A stretch of 57,777 nt of DNA, taken from positions 1-57,777 of IMG/VR virus record IMGVR_UViG_3300042901_001417, one strand, 5' to 3'. Each line of letters starts with the position of its first letter. Position 1 is the stretch's first letter. The position numbers were made by a program, and so were the translations under genes. This stretch comes from a virus. Lineage: Duplodnaviria > Caudoviricetes. Shown here piece after piece: positions 19,052-28,847 of this stretch. Under the pieces are notes generated by a model. It did not search any database and was not told the DNA's origin. It was given only the letters and a program-made list of their open reading frames with translations.

Positions 19052-19528
19052 GTGGTGGGATACATTCCAGATTTGCATGGTTCAGTGGAGCGTCCGGAAC
19101 AGGTGAAGGAGTTCCTGAGCAGTGTCAGTAAGAATCAGGTTAAGAAGGTGGTCCAGCAGATTGTGGATGACGAGTTTGACCGGCTGGAGGAGCACGCGGA
19201 CTACTTTATTGCAGACACTGCCGCGGAACGGGCGAAGCGGTTTCTGGAGCGGGTACTGAGCGGTGATGAGGAGGCTGCTCGAGCACTGTTCTGCACGGCG
19301 CACAACTGGGACAGGGTCAAGTCGTGCGGGTCTGACAAGGGCGAGTCGTGGGCGTTTCAGTTGGTTGACGGGAATCTGTTCCTGACAGACACCATGGAGA
19401 TCCGGAGGCGGATTGTAGAGGCTCATACGGACCTTCTGAAAAGCGAGTGGATTCTGGATCTGGAGTCGATTGTGGAGGGGCTGCGGAAACAGATCCGGGA
19501 AATGCAGGCCAGGTTGGACCGGCGATGA
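19052..19528 (+). CDS. Hypothetical protein
   Basis: AAGGAGG RBS before GTG 19052. Confidence 0.6.
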   Translation: MVGYIPDLHGSVERPEQVKEFLSSVSKNQVKKVVQQIVDDEFDRLEEHADYFIADTAAERAKRFLERVLSGDEEAARALFCTAHNWDRVKSCGSDKGESWAFQLVDGNLFLTDTMEIRRRIVEAHTDLLKSEWILDLESIVEGLRKQIREMQARLDRR

Positions 19529-19617
19529 TGCACAGTGATGTCATCTTGTCTGTGGTCGTGGTGGTTGTGAGCTTGTATTGGGTGCGTGGGTTTCAGGAAA
19601 CCGAGAGGAGTAGTGGG

Positions 19618-20421
19618 ATGGCTGAGAATCCGTTCAAGGTGGGTGATGTGGTGGTGTGTGTCAAACCATGTGAAAGTGTCATGGAAGAGGGCAGTGAGTG
19701 GGTGGTAACGGGGATCGGTGGGCAGTACGTGTATTTTAATAATGATCCGGACAGCGGCTGGTATGCCGACAGGTTTAAACTGAAGGAGCCTGATCTACCA
19801 GAGTTCAAGCCCGGTGATGAGGTTCAGTGCATTCGCGATAAAGGCATGGAGCACGAGATCACAAAGGGTCGTGTGTATCGGGTCAGGGATTGTGGCGACC
19901 GGCACGTTCATCTGGAGGGAGTTGTCCCGTGGGTATTCAAGGACCGGGTGCAGTTGGTCCCAAAGGTTCCCGAGCCGGCTACCAACGTCCACTGTGGTGG
20001 TCCCTATGTTGCGGTCAGCGAGCACAGTCGGGTATGTGTGGAGCTCGCCAATGAGCGTGCCAGCAGTGGGCAGGTGATTCAGCAATTGAAGGACGACTTG
20101 CATATACTGGCCAAGGATCACACAGCACTGGAGAAGCAGCGAGACCAACTGCAAAGCGAACTTGCTCATGCGAGGGCTGGTGGCATGTCATGCTGTGCCC
20201 CAGAGTGGACTCCGATGGAATGGACTCCGCTGCAGCGTGCAGAACAGCCACAGCAGTCACAACTCGACCGATGGGCTGAAATTGCCTTGCCGGCGATTAT
20301 TCAGGTGGAGTGCGGTTCGCACGGGATATCGGATAACGAGGTTCCCGGGATTGTTACCATGGCATACGTGGTGGCACGAGCCATGATGCAGAAGCAGTGT
20401 GACATGCGCTGGGAAGAGTAG
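19618..20421 (+). CDS. Phage protein with tandem FKxGDxVxC (SH3-like) modules and a coiled coil
   Basis: FKVGDVVVC and FKPGDEVQC repeats; GAGGAG RBS. Confidence 0.6.
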   Translation: MAENPFKVGDVVVCVKPCESVMEEGSEWVVTGIGGQYVYFNNDPDSGWYADRFKLKEPDLPEFKPGDEVQCIRDKGMEHEITKGRVYRVRDCGDRHVHLEGVVPWVFKDRVQLVPKVPEPATNVHCGGPYVAVSEHSRVCVELANERASSGQVIQQLKDDLHILAKDHTALEKQRDQLQSELAHARAGGMSCCAPEWTPMEWTPLQRAEQPQQSQLDRWAEIALPAIIQVECGSHGISDNEVPGIVTMAYVVARAMMQKQCDMRWEE

Positions 20422-20452
20422 AGATCGTTCATCACTTTCTAAGGAAACCACA

Positions 20453-22069
20453 ATGAAAAAGGCTTTGATTTACGCTCGGGTGAGTTCACAGGAGCAGGCG
20501 GTGTCGGACACGGCATTGCCATCACAGGTGAAGGGGCTGCAGAAGTTCGTCGAGCAGGAGCAGATTGCTCTGTATGACGACACGAACTGTGCGTGCCCGG
20601 GCGTGTTTGTTGACCCCGGAGTATCTGCCAGCAAGGTTCCGCTGTTCAACAGGCCCGGATTCGTGGCACTGTGGGCGTGCCTGAATGATGGCGATTCCGT
20701 TGTCGCTGAGTCGATGAGCCGGATGTTCCGCAGTGCGCTGGACTTCGCTCAGTCGTGGCAGATATTCGAGAAGCGTGGCATCAATCTGATCTTTCAGGTC
20801 GGGCAGATCGACATGTCTTCTGCCACCGGAAAACTGATTGCCTCGGTTATGGCGGCGTTCGCTCAGTTCAAGACCGACATCATGTCTGAGCGGATCAGAG
20901 AGGGTCACGCTGCCAAGAAGCGGGCTGTGCAGGAAGGCCGGGAGTATAAGAAGCACAAGCCTGCGGCAGATCCTGTCAAGCCAACCACGGTCTCTCAGGT
21001 CGTGGCTCAGTTCACAAAGAAGGAGAAGGAGGAGAAGCCGAAAGGCCGGATCTGGTCTTATGCTCGAGTGTCGACCGATGGGCAGACCACCGAAAGTCAG
21101 ATGGCGACCATTGAGCGGCTGGAGTCGCAGTACATGGATCAGGGGTATCAGGTGGTTGAGCAGCCGTACGAAGAACAGGCCGTGTCTGCGTATCGCATGG
21201 CGTGGCGCGAGCGACCGATGGGCAAGGTGATATTCAATGGTGCCCAAAAGGGGGACGTGATTATCGCTGCCCGGCTGGATCGTATGTTCCGATCGATCTG
21301 GGACATGTGCGGCACGCTTCAGGAACTGGAGGAGCGTGGTGTATCTGTTCGTGTGGGTAACTGTGTGGCGACAGATACTCCTGCCGGTCGCATGATGCTG
21401 GGGCTGCTCGGGGTTATGAGCGAGTTCGAGTCTGCAGAGCACTCGGAGAAGATGACTCGTATCTTCGAGTTCTGTCGTGCTGAGCGCGGCAAGTGGCTGA
21501 GTGCCACTGTACTGCCATCGTGGCTGCGGGTGCATAAGGATGAAAAGGGCGAAGTGTCATTCGTCCCGTGTAAACGGCTGATTCGCGATATCCTGCTGCT
21601 GAAAGAACTGTCGAATTCAGGACTGAAGCACGAAGAGGCGTGTGATGAACTGGAGCGGATATCAGCTGCTCGCGAGAACCGCCCGATTCTGCCGTCGCAT
21701 AAGGCTCCTCAGAAGTCCCTGTCCAAGAAGATCAAGCGGGAGTATGGCGAGGAAGCACAGGAGAGGTTTCGCCTGTGGTGCAAGGTGCGAGGAATCACGG
21801 AGTGGGAAGAACTCTCTCGTCCGATGAGTTACGAGTACGCTCGCGATGTGCTGCGCAAGTGGGACAACAGTGATCTCTCGAAGTACATCGAAACACTGGG
21901 GCCGGAAGGTATTGAAGCCATCATGCTGGACGCTGCTCAGTTGGATGCTGAGTGCCCGCAGTGGGATAAGAAGCGGAACGCCAGGCTGGTGCGGCAGATG
22001 AAGAAAACCGGCGAGCTCACGGTGTCGAAAACACGGAAGATGGTTAACCCGGAGATCGTGTATGTCTGA
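20453..22069 (+). CDS. Serine recombinase with two tandem catalytic domains
   Basis: Domain 1: YARVSS (20471)..RPGF..SRMFRS..TGKL..FAQF. Domain 2: YARVST (21059)..RPMG..LDRMFRS..AGRM..MSEFE. Confidence 0.85.
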   Translation: MKKALIYARVSSQEQAVSDTALPSQVKGLQKFVEQEQIALYDDTNCACPGVFVDPGVSASKVPLFNRPGFVALWACLNDGDSVVAESMSRMFRSALDFAQSWQIFEKRGINLIFQVGQIDMSSATGKLIASVMAAFAQFKTDIMSERIREGHAAKKRAVQEGREYKKHKPAADPVKPTTVSQVVAQFTKKEKEEKPKGRIWSYARVSTDGQTTESQMATIERLESQYMDQGYQVVEQPYEEQAVSAYRMAWRERPMGKVIFNGAQKGDVIIAARLDRMFRSIWDMCGTLQELEERGVSVRVGNCVATDTPAGRMMLGLLGVMSEFESAEHSEKMTRIFEFCRAERGKWLSATVLPSWLRVHKDEKGEVSFVPCKRLIRDILLLKELSNSGLKHEEACDELERISAARENRPILPSHKAPQKSLSKKIKREYGEEAQERFRLWCKVRGITEWEELSRPMSYEYARDVLRKWDNSDLSKYIETLGPEGIEAIMLDAAQLDAECPQWDKKRNARLVRQMKKTGELTVSKTRKMVNPEIVYV

Positions 22070-22529
22070 GTTGAAACAGGAGGTCGGGTTCATGCCGTAC
22101 GGTATCCGCTGGCTAATTCGAAGTGATCTGGACCGTGTGGTGGATCTGGAGAAGTGGTCGTGCCGTGACCCGTGGACACATGAGGATTACGTGGCAATCC
22201 TGAAACAGCGGGACGTGATCGGCACTGTGATCATGGAACCGGAGCAGGGGCAGTGGGGGACCATTCAGGGCGCCATGGTGTATCGGCTGAAGAAAGACCG
22301 GCTGATTATTGAGCGGATGTTCGTGAACACTCTGGAGCGACATCATGGTTATGGGTCCGCCATGATTCAGAGGATGATCGACAAACTGTGTACCGTGGGT
22401 CGCAGGTGCGTCGTGTGTGATGTGCCGGAAGAACAACTGGATGTGCAGTGCCTGCTGAGGAAACACGGATTCATCGCGACCGTGGGCAGAGACTGCTACG
22501 TGATGACGTATGAGAAAAAGGAGGTCTGA
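22062..22529 (+). CDS. RimI-like GNAT acetyltransferase
   Basis: IRWLIRSDL..RHHGYGSAMI acetyl-CoA motif..LLRKHGF. Confidence 0.75.
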   Translation: MSELKQEVGFMPYGIRWLIRSDLDRVVDLEKWSCRDPWTHEDYVAILKQRDVIGTVIMEPEQGQWGTIQGAMVYRLKKDRLIIERMFVNTLERHHGYGSAMIQRMIDKLCTVGRRCVVCDVPEEQLDVQCLLRKHGFIATVGRDCYVMTYEKKEV

Positions 22530-22531
22530 CC

Positions 22532-22762
22532 TTGAGTGAAGTCAGCACAATAAGTCTGAGGCAGGATGGTGACTCGGAACTCGTTTGTCAGGCTGCGATC
22601 GCAATCATGGCGGGCCTGATGAGCAATCCGAACGTGGTCGTAGAAAATCGCCTTGATGGATGGGGGCTGTGCAACACTTCGGTGGAAGGGTTGGCAGAAT
22701 ATTCATGGGACTGCGCCCGTGCATTCGCCTGGGCGAGATTGAGCAGCAAGAAGAAGGAGTAA
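22532..22762 (+). CDS. Small phage protein
   Basis: AAIAIMAGLMSNP motif common in phage ORFs. Confidence 0.55.
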   Translation: MSEVSTISLRQDGDSELVCQAAIAIMAGLMSNPNVVVENRLDGWGLCNTSVEGLAEYSWDCARAFAWARLSSKKKE

Positions 22763-22978
22763 CTACTTCACATCCTCCCGGAGCATGCGCGTCAGCTCTC
22801 TGGGATCAATCCACCATCGTCTCCCGACCTTCAGTGCTCTGAGGGTCTTTTTTTTGCACCAGTGATGCACGGTTCGAATATGAACCTCGATGCCACTGAG
22901 TCTCAACTGCTCCACAAACTCGCTCGGGCTGAGCCGGGTTACCAATGCGGCCACACTGTCTCTCCATATTCGTGGCAT
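22763..22978 (-). CDS. MerR-type/excisionase-like HTH (HTH_17) protein
   Basis: LSPSEF..HIRTVHHWC..LRALKVGRRWWI. Confidence 0.75.
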   Translation of the reverse strand: MPRIWRDSVAALVTRLSPSEFVEQLRLSGIEVHIRTVHHWCKKKTLRALKVGRRWWIDPRELTRMLREDVK

Positions 22979-23103
22979 GTAGTGCCTGCGTTACGCTCAC
23001 GTAAGGATACAAAGAGATTTTCTTGAGACAATAGCGACAGTGGCGACGGGAGCGAAAGTCTGCATATTTCGTGGTTTCATGCTGGCGGGTAGACATACCG
23101 GGC

Positions 23104-24282
23104 ATGAGCGACACACCCGAACAAACCTTAACGTCTCAGGCTCCGGAAGCCCCGTCTACTGCCCCACCGGCACAGACATCTGGCGTCCCGAATCTGCGGT
23201 CAATCATGGAGTCTGTGGGTACAGGATCGGCAGAACAGCCGGCACCGTCCTCACCGACCTCAACATCGCCCGCACCAGTCGCAGCACAGGTTTCTGCTGC
23301 AACAGCCTCGATTCGTGAAGGACTGGCGAAACGTGGGTTTACCATTTCGGACGACATCTCCTCGGACGATGCCGCGCTGGACACGATTGCAGAACTGATC
23401 GACGCTGCCAACCAAGTGCGCGAGGATCAGGGGTTTCAGGAATTCCAGAAATCACGGAACGAGTTCGACCAGTGGCGTCGGTCACGCATGTCTGCCGGTC
23501 AGACTGCTTCAACGTCCACGGTGGACGCTCCTTCCACCACACCAGAAACAAAGCCTGCGGTCAAAGGATTGTCGCAGGAAGCACGGTTGCTACAGCAACA
23601 TGGTCTGATTTCCAAACAGGCGAACGGCACATGGGCATCGTCAAACCCGCAGTTTCAGGCTGCTGCCGACGAGGTCAATGCCTTCGAAGCGAAGACTCGC
23701 AACGCCTCGTTGCGGTTTGTCACAGAGATTGCGGAGTACGACAGCCCGGAAGATTGGGTGGCGGCTGTCATCAAGAAACAACTGGCATCCGGACAGGTGC
23801 CACAGAGTGCCGATCTGCAGGAACTGCACGAGCTCAAGAAAGAGTTGGCGGCAGAGAAGAATCGGAAGCGTGAGGCAGAAGTCTCAGGCTGGGTTGACGC
23901 CAATGCCAGCAAGCTGTTCGTCAACGGCGACAAGTCGAAGTTGTCGAATTACGGTCAATTGTACCAGCACTATGAGCAGGCTGCCCCGGCTGACGTTCAG
24001 TCGGACGCATTGGCTCGCCATCAGTGGGTACTGAAGTTAATGGCTCCGGTCGAATCGCTGCTGACACACCCACAGCAACAGGCGACCGCACCGGAGCCGC
24101 CTCCTACACGTCCATCGTTTCTCGGGTCGGCAGCCGCTCGCAGCAATGGTGCGGTCAACCGACTTACCAGTTTTCAGGGTCCAGCCGCTGCTGAGGGTGC
24201 GCCACCACCAGTGCTGGGCAAAGGGAAAATGCCGTCATTCGCGGGCTACATGGCCCTGAATGGCGCGAACGTCTCTCAGTAG
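23104..24282 (+). CDS. Putative capsid scaffolding protein
   Basis: Low-complexity and coiled-coil protein directly upstream of the MCP. Confidence 0.6.
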   Translation: MSDTPEQTLTSQAPEAPSTAPPAQTSGVPNLRSIMESVGTGSAEQPAPSSPTSTSPAPVAAQVSAATASIREGLAKRGFTISDDISSDDAALDTIAELIDAANQVREDQGFQEFQKSRNEFDQWRRSRMSAGQTASTSTVDAPSTTPETKPAVKGLSQEARLLQQHGLISKQANGTWASSNPQFQAAADEVNAFEAKTRNASLRFVTEIAEYDSPEDWVAAVIKKQLASGQVPQSADLQELHELKKELAAEKNRKREAEVSGWVDANASKLFVNGDKSKLSNYGQLYQHYEQAAPADVQSDALARHQWVLKLMAPVESLLTHPQQQATAPEPPPTRPSFLGSAAARSNGAVNRLTSFQGPAAAEGAPPPVLGKGKMPSFAGYMALNGANVSQ

Positions 24283-24323
24283 TTTTCGTGCTCAACAATA
24301 GTCGCTCATAGGAATCATCAGCG

Positions 24324-25490
24324 ATGCCACAGTTCATTCAGCCATCTGCACAGGTCCACATCAACAACGCACGGACCAGTGCTCCGAAGTACATGAACGA
24401 CTATATCGACCTGACTCAGCGTCGGCACTTGCTGCTGTCGCTGATGAAGGAAAACGGCATGATCGAGTACAACGCCGGGGACGCCTCGACGATTTACCAG
24501 ATCAAGGTTCGTGAGCACGCCGTCAGAACCAAGGTGGACACCACCCGCCTGACCTTCGAGAACAGTGATCTGTTCGAACAGTGCGAAGTGGACGTTCGGT
24601 CCTACGAAGTCTCCGACGTGCTGACGGAAGAACAGTACAAGAAGAATCAGGGCAACCGGCTGATCAACCTGCTGGAAGCCAAACTGAAGGGCATGAACAC
24701 GACTCTTGCCCGACGCATGAACGAATACCTGTACCGCGACGGGGATCTGGCAGCCTATGCCAACGGTTTCCGTGGTCTGGAATCCTGCCTTGCGGACGAC
24801 GGTAACACAACGGCAGCACGTCGTGTGGCCCTGCCGAGCGACACATACGCCGGTCAGTCGACCGCACTCGGGGCATTCGGTGGCACCTACTCCACGGACC
24901 TCGCTTCCGGGGATCGTTACACCAGCCTGTCGAACGACTACCCGCACGGGATCAGTTCGAACGGTTCGTATGACGCGAACAGCCCGCTGCTGATCAACTG
25001 GTCCTCCACTGCATGGCCTTCTGAATCGGCACTGTGGGAAGACAATCTGGAAGTGGTGCTGCGAGAGGCGACTGCCATTCAGCAGGTTCGCTGTGACAGC
25101 ATCAACGCACCGATCATGTACATCATGCCTGCGAAGATGTACACGGCTGCCGAGAACTTCTACAGCCTGCGACACCGCATGCTCGCTCCTTACGGTGGTG
25201 AGCAGGGCTTCGCAGACCAGAACATTTCCGTTGACGGCGTGATCCTCAAGGTGGATTACGGCGTACCTGGAAACACCGTCTATGGTGTGTGCCCAGACCA
25301 CATCGAAGCGTTCTTCTTCCCGCCGATGAACAAGGGTGAAGGAAACGCGATGACTGGCGACGAGGCATTCATCGACATGTTTGGCCCGACATGGGACGAG
25401 GCATCTGGTGCATACCTGATGCGTGCGGACGTGTACGGCAACCTCCGCATGTATCCGAAGTACCTGGTCAAGATGAAGAATTACGCTTGA
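24324..25490 (+). CDS. Major capsid protein
   Basis: 388 aa; synteny; NLLEAKL..TLARRMNEYLY..GLES pattern; strong codon bias. Confidence 0.75.
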   Translation: MPQFIQPSAQVHINNARTSAPKYMNDYIDLTQRRHLLLSLMKENGMIEYNAGDASTIYQIKVREHAVRTKVDTTRLTFENSDLFEQCEVDVRSYEVSDVLTEEQYKKNQGNRLINLLEAKLKGMNTTLARRMNEYLYRDGDLAAYANGFRGLESCLADDGNTTAARRVALPSDTYAGQSTALGAFGGTYSTDLASGDRYTSLSNDYPHGISSNGSYDANSPLLINWSSTAWPSESALWEDNLEVVLREATAIQQVRCDSINAPIMYIMPAKMYTAAENFYSLRHRMLAPYGGEQGFADQNISVDGVILKVDYGVPGNTVYGVCPDHIEAFFFPPMNKGEGNAMTGDEAFIDMFGPTWDEASGAYLMRADVYGNLRMYPKYLVKMKNYA

Positions 25491-25558
25491 TCTGCATTTC
25501 GAACTGATTCGATTCCACATAGTTCACCTGAGTTCCTGATCCCTGAAGGGGAAAAAAG

Positions 25559-26074
25559 ATGTCGAATTTTCTTCAAGCGGACATGCTGCGTGGCCGGAAG
25601 AACATTGTTGTTTCGCGCGACGGAAAGCTGGGCGAAGAAGTCCTGCTGTCTGACCGTTCAACTCCGGGAATCGGGCCAGAAAGTTCTCAGACTGGCATGT
25701 TCGTGGAAGCGATCATTGTGAAGGCTTCTGAAGTCCTGTCGTCTCCGGCAGGCAAAGGAGTGCACTTCACTGCGGCAGGCTATGGCACAATCATCGCCAA
25801 CGAGTCGGCATCCGGCGAGATTTGCGATGGGATCGTGGATCCAGACCTGACGGGCAATCTGGCAGTGGACGACACGTTTCTGCTGTATCGCCGAGGTCCG
25901 ATGCCGATCATCGCGTCTGCTGCGATCGTGGTCGGACCATTGAAGACCGCCAACGGTGGCAAGTTTGTGGCTGCGACAACCGAAGACGCTCCAACCCGAT
26001 GTGGTCGACTGCTGGTGGCAGCTAGTGCAGACGGCGATGCTCGTCGGGCATTCATGGACTTCACGCGGCCCTGA
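25559..26074 (+). CDS. Capsid decoration/cement-like protein
   Basis: Small Ala/Gly-rich beta protein after the MCP. Confidence 0.5.
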   Translation: MSNFLQADMLRGRKNIVVSRDGKLGEEVLLSDRSTPGIGPESSQTGMFVEAIIVKASEVLSSPAGKGVHFTAAGYGTIIANESASGEICDGIVDPDLTGNLAVDDTFLLYRRGPMPIIASAAIVVGPLKTANGGKFVAATTEDAPTRCGRLLVAASADGDARRAFMDFTRP

Positions 26075-26094
26075 TCACTCCTGCAACGGGATAT

Positions 26095-26130
26095 GCCGGG
26101 GGTGTGACAGTCACTCCCGGTGGTCTTTTC
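26095..26130 (+). terminator. Rho-independent terminator candidate
   Basis: GCCGGGGGTG..CACTCCCGGT stem followed by TCTTTT. Confidence 0.45.
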
Positions 26131-26157
26131 TGGGTCAGGGAAAAATGGTGATGGGCA

Positions 26158-26772
26158 ATGAGCAACGTAACAAAACCCTCGAAGGTAGACCCCTACCGTA
26201 TCGGCAACAGCATTGTGTGCCGACACTGCCGGTTCCCGAAACCGGAACATGAGTTCAAGCCGAACGCTGTCGTGTGCAACGAGTGTGCTCCTCAGTTCCG
26301 AGCAATTCAGCGGGCGGCAGTCACAGAAGACGAGCTCAACAAGACTGCATACCAGTTGGCTCTGGAGCGACTGCAGCAGACTTCCACCCCGGCGATTCCC
26401 GGTGGTGTCAAAAAGGCTAATCAGCTTCTGGGCAAAACCAGCAGTGAAGTGATTGCCGAAGCCCTGAAACGCCAGTTGGATTCGCTCGAAAAGGGCGTGC
26501 CGGTCAACGAAAAGTTGATTAAGGAACTGGCTCTCGGCCTGCAGAAAGCGGAGATCGAGCACGATCACGCGCTGAAGGGCCAGGGCGATGCGTTTGCCGG
26601 CATGAGCACTGAGCAGCTGACTGCCATCATGCTGGATCGTGCGATTAACGAAATGATCGAGAGCGTGGATATGCGGAAGCGGATCATGACGATCCTGATG
26701 AACCGCGTTCCGACGTTCTATGAGGAGGTGCTGGCACTGGCACAGGTCACCGTGCTGGAGACCGCACAATGA
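26158..26772 (+). CDS. Putative terminase small subunit (N-terminal Zn ribbon)
   Basis: CRHC..CNEC; helical; overlaps the terL start. Confidence 0.45.
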   Translation: MSNVTKPSKVDPYRIGNSIVCRHCRFPKPEHEFKPNAVVCNECAPQFRAIQRAAVTEDELNKTAYQLALERLQQTSTPAIPGGVKKANQLLGKTSSEVIAEALKRQLDSLEKGVPVNEKLIKELALGLQKAEIEHDHALKGQGDAFAGMSTEQLTAIMLDRAINEMIESVDMRKRIMTILMNRVPTFYEEVLALAQVTVLETAQ

Positions 26773-28532
26773 CAGCGCCCGTCACACCCACGATTGATGC
26801 CAGCCAGTTCATCCGGGCAGCCAAGGAGTTGCAGGCACGGTTAAGAGACGGTCTGGAACTGCTGCGGGTGACCGACAAGCAGGCGGCCATTCTGTCGGAC
26901 ACCTGCTCTGAAATCATGCTCACAGGTTCCAACCGAGGCGGGAAGTCTCTGCTGGCTGCAGCCCGGTTCGCGTCCATCGTGCGCGATAAACCGATTACGA
27001 CCATGGACGGTAAGAAGATTCACTGCCGTCGACCGGATCAGCGTGGTAAGGCTCTGGTGTGCTGGGTGATCGGGGACTACCTGAAGCACATTGGCCAGAC
27101 CATCCACCGTGTTCTGTTCGAGGAGCGGCTGTTCGAGGTGGTCACGGATCCGGAAACCGGGGCTCTGCGTGCGTGGAATCCGGTGACCTTTCCATCTGAC
27201 TGGGACATTCCGCCATCCAGCCGGCAGTATGCACCACCACTGATTCCGCCAAGCGAAATCAAAAAGATCAATTACGAGAACGCCGGGGCCAAAGAGTTCA
27301 CATCGGTCGAGCTCCACAACGGCACCATGATTTTTGCTTTCGCCTCCTCGGGGGAAGTGAAGCAGGGTGATGCGGTCGATGAAATCTGGGTGGACGAGCA
27401 TCTGGTCTACGATCATTACTACTCGGAATACGCAGCCCGACTGCAGGACCGTGACGGGCGTTTGTTCTGGTCGACGATCCACCGGGATGACTCGACAGCG
27501 TTCATGCTGGTCGAAGATCGCGCAGCGCTGCAGGCACGCGAGGTAGAAACCGGGGAACGGCAGCCGGAAGAAGTCAACACCCGGATGCACACCGTGACGA
27601 TCGCCGATAATCCATTCATTCCAGAGAACGCCAAAAAGAAATTCGCTGAGCGTGTGATGGGTGAGCGGGATTATCAGGTGCGAGTTCTGGGGCAGGGGTC
27701 TCGCGACAGCATCCGAATTTATCCGGAGTACGATCCGAACGTCCATGTGGTCGATTACGCGGCTGCCATTCTGAATGATCCGGTCACGGAAGCCATGCGG
27801 AAAAACGGCTGGCGTCCACCGCGAGACTGGACACGTGAGCTTATTCTGGACCCCGGCACACAGAAGCCGGGCATCCTGTTTGGGGCAGTGCCACCACCGT
27901 CCATGTGGGACCATGGTGAGCCGTACTTCGTGGTGTATGACGAGATTTTCTTTCGTCGGAAAGATGCGTTCGAACTGGCCCAGATCGTGGATCAGCGGGA
28001 GCGTGGGTTCGTCTGGAATCGGTTCATCATCGACGGTCAGGCGGCACGTCAGAAGCCGATGGGATTCTCGCACACGATTGGCCGGCAGTATTCGCTGGCG
28101 TTTGAGCGATACAAAATCAGTTCACAGCAGACACAGTACACATTCATCCCGGGCGACCCGGACTTTGGGCAGCGATCGCGGCAGGTGAAAACGGCCCTGC
28201 GGATGCGTCCATGCGGGCGACCACAGTTGCGTATCGTCGGGCACGCCTGTCCGGAACTGATTCTGCAGCTGCGAAGGAATGTTCGGAAGACGGACAAGTT
28301 GGGCGATGCTCTGGAAATGCCCGCCGACAACCAGATCGACGACTTGAGAAACTGTCTGGAATACTGGCTGTCACGTCACCCGACGTACGTGGCACCACTG
28401 GAGCAGGAGCGACTGGCACTGGACGAAGGGTATCAGGCGTATCTGGCGAAGATGCGTTTGTACGCGGACTTTCAAAAGCAGGGTCCGGCTGAATCGAGCG
28501 ACAACTCAGTGAACATTGGGATTTCGGCATAA
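26769..28532 (+). CDS. terL: Terminase large subunit
   Basis: Walker A GSNRGGKS, Walker B IWVDE, nuclease LILDPG..IIDG..DDLRNCLEY. Confidence 0.88.
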   Translation: MTAPVTPTIDASQFIRAAKELQARLRDGLELLRVTDKQAAILSDTCSEIMLTGSNRGGKSLLAAARFASIVRDKPITTMDGKKIHCRRPDQRGKALVCWVIGDYLKHIGQTIHRVLFEERLFEVVTDPETGALRAWNPVTFPSDWDIPPSSRQYAPPLIPPSEIKKINYENAGAKEFTSVELHNGTMIFAFASSGEVKQGDAVDEIWVDEHLVYDHYYSEYAARLQDRDGRLFWSTIHRDDSTAFMLVEDRAALQAREVETGERQPEEVNTRMHTVTIADNPFIPENAKKKFAERVMGERDYQVRVLGQGSRDSIRIYPEYDPNVHVVDYAAAILNDPVTEAMRKNGWRPPRDWTRELILDPGTQKPGILFGAVPPPSMWDHGEPYFVVYDEIFFRRKDAFELAQIVDQRERGFVWNRFIIDGQAARQKPMGFSHTIGRQYSLAFERYKISSQQTQYTFIPGDPDFGQRSRQVKTALRMRPCGRPQLRIVGHACPELILQLRRNVRKTDKLGDALEMPADNQIDDLRNCLEYWLSRHPTYVAPLEQERLALDEGYQAYLAKMRLYADFQKQGPAESSDNSVNIGISA

Positions 28533-28538
28533 GGAGCA

Positions 28539-28844
28539 ATGAGCGTGCCTGCTGTAATGGAAAAGACAAAGGTGTACCGAAAGGACATGCCGCAAACCGG
28601 CGAGTGGGTCTTCTGGTACGCAAGCGGAAACGACAACCACGATCCGGCACCAGCGATGGTTCTTCGGAACGTGGACGGTGTGCAGATGGTGGCGAATCTG
28701 GAGGTGCATCTTCCGGGCGGGATCCTGTACCGCGATTCGGTCCATCACATGTCGAACACGGAGAATGCTCCGAAGAAGTTGGTGGCTAATCACGGGGCAT
28801 GGGCGTGGGAACACCCACTGCGACCTGAGACGCACAAGAAGTAG
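28539..28844 (+). CDS. Hypothetical protein
   Basis: AAGGAG RBS; lies between terL and portal. Confidence 0.65.
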   Translation: MSVPAVMEKTKVYRKDMPQTGEWVFWYASGNDNHDPAPAMVLRNVDGVQMVANLEVHLPGGILYRDSVHHMSNTENAPKKLVANHGAWAWEHPLRPETHKK

Positions 28845-28847
28845 CGA

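Noticed and set aside
20453-22978. IS607-family element (serine transposase plus TnpB)
   Set aside because: No TnpB/RuvC gene and no N-terminal MerR HTH on the recombinase; the genes are coupled into the phage operon.
24318-28073. Long minus-strand ORFs (24318..25520, 25780..26769, 26841..28073)
   Set aside because: Antisense shadows of the capsid and terminase genes, expected with GC-rich codon bias.
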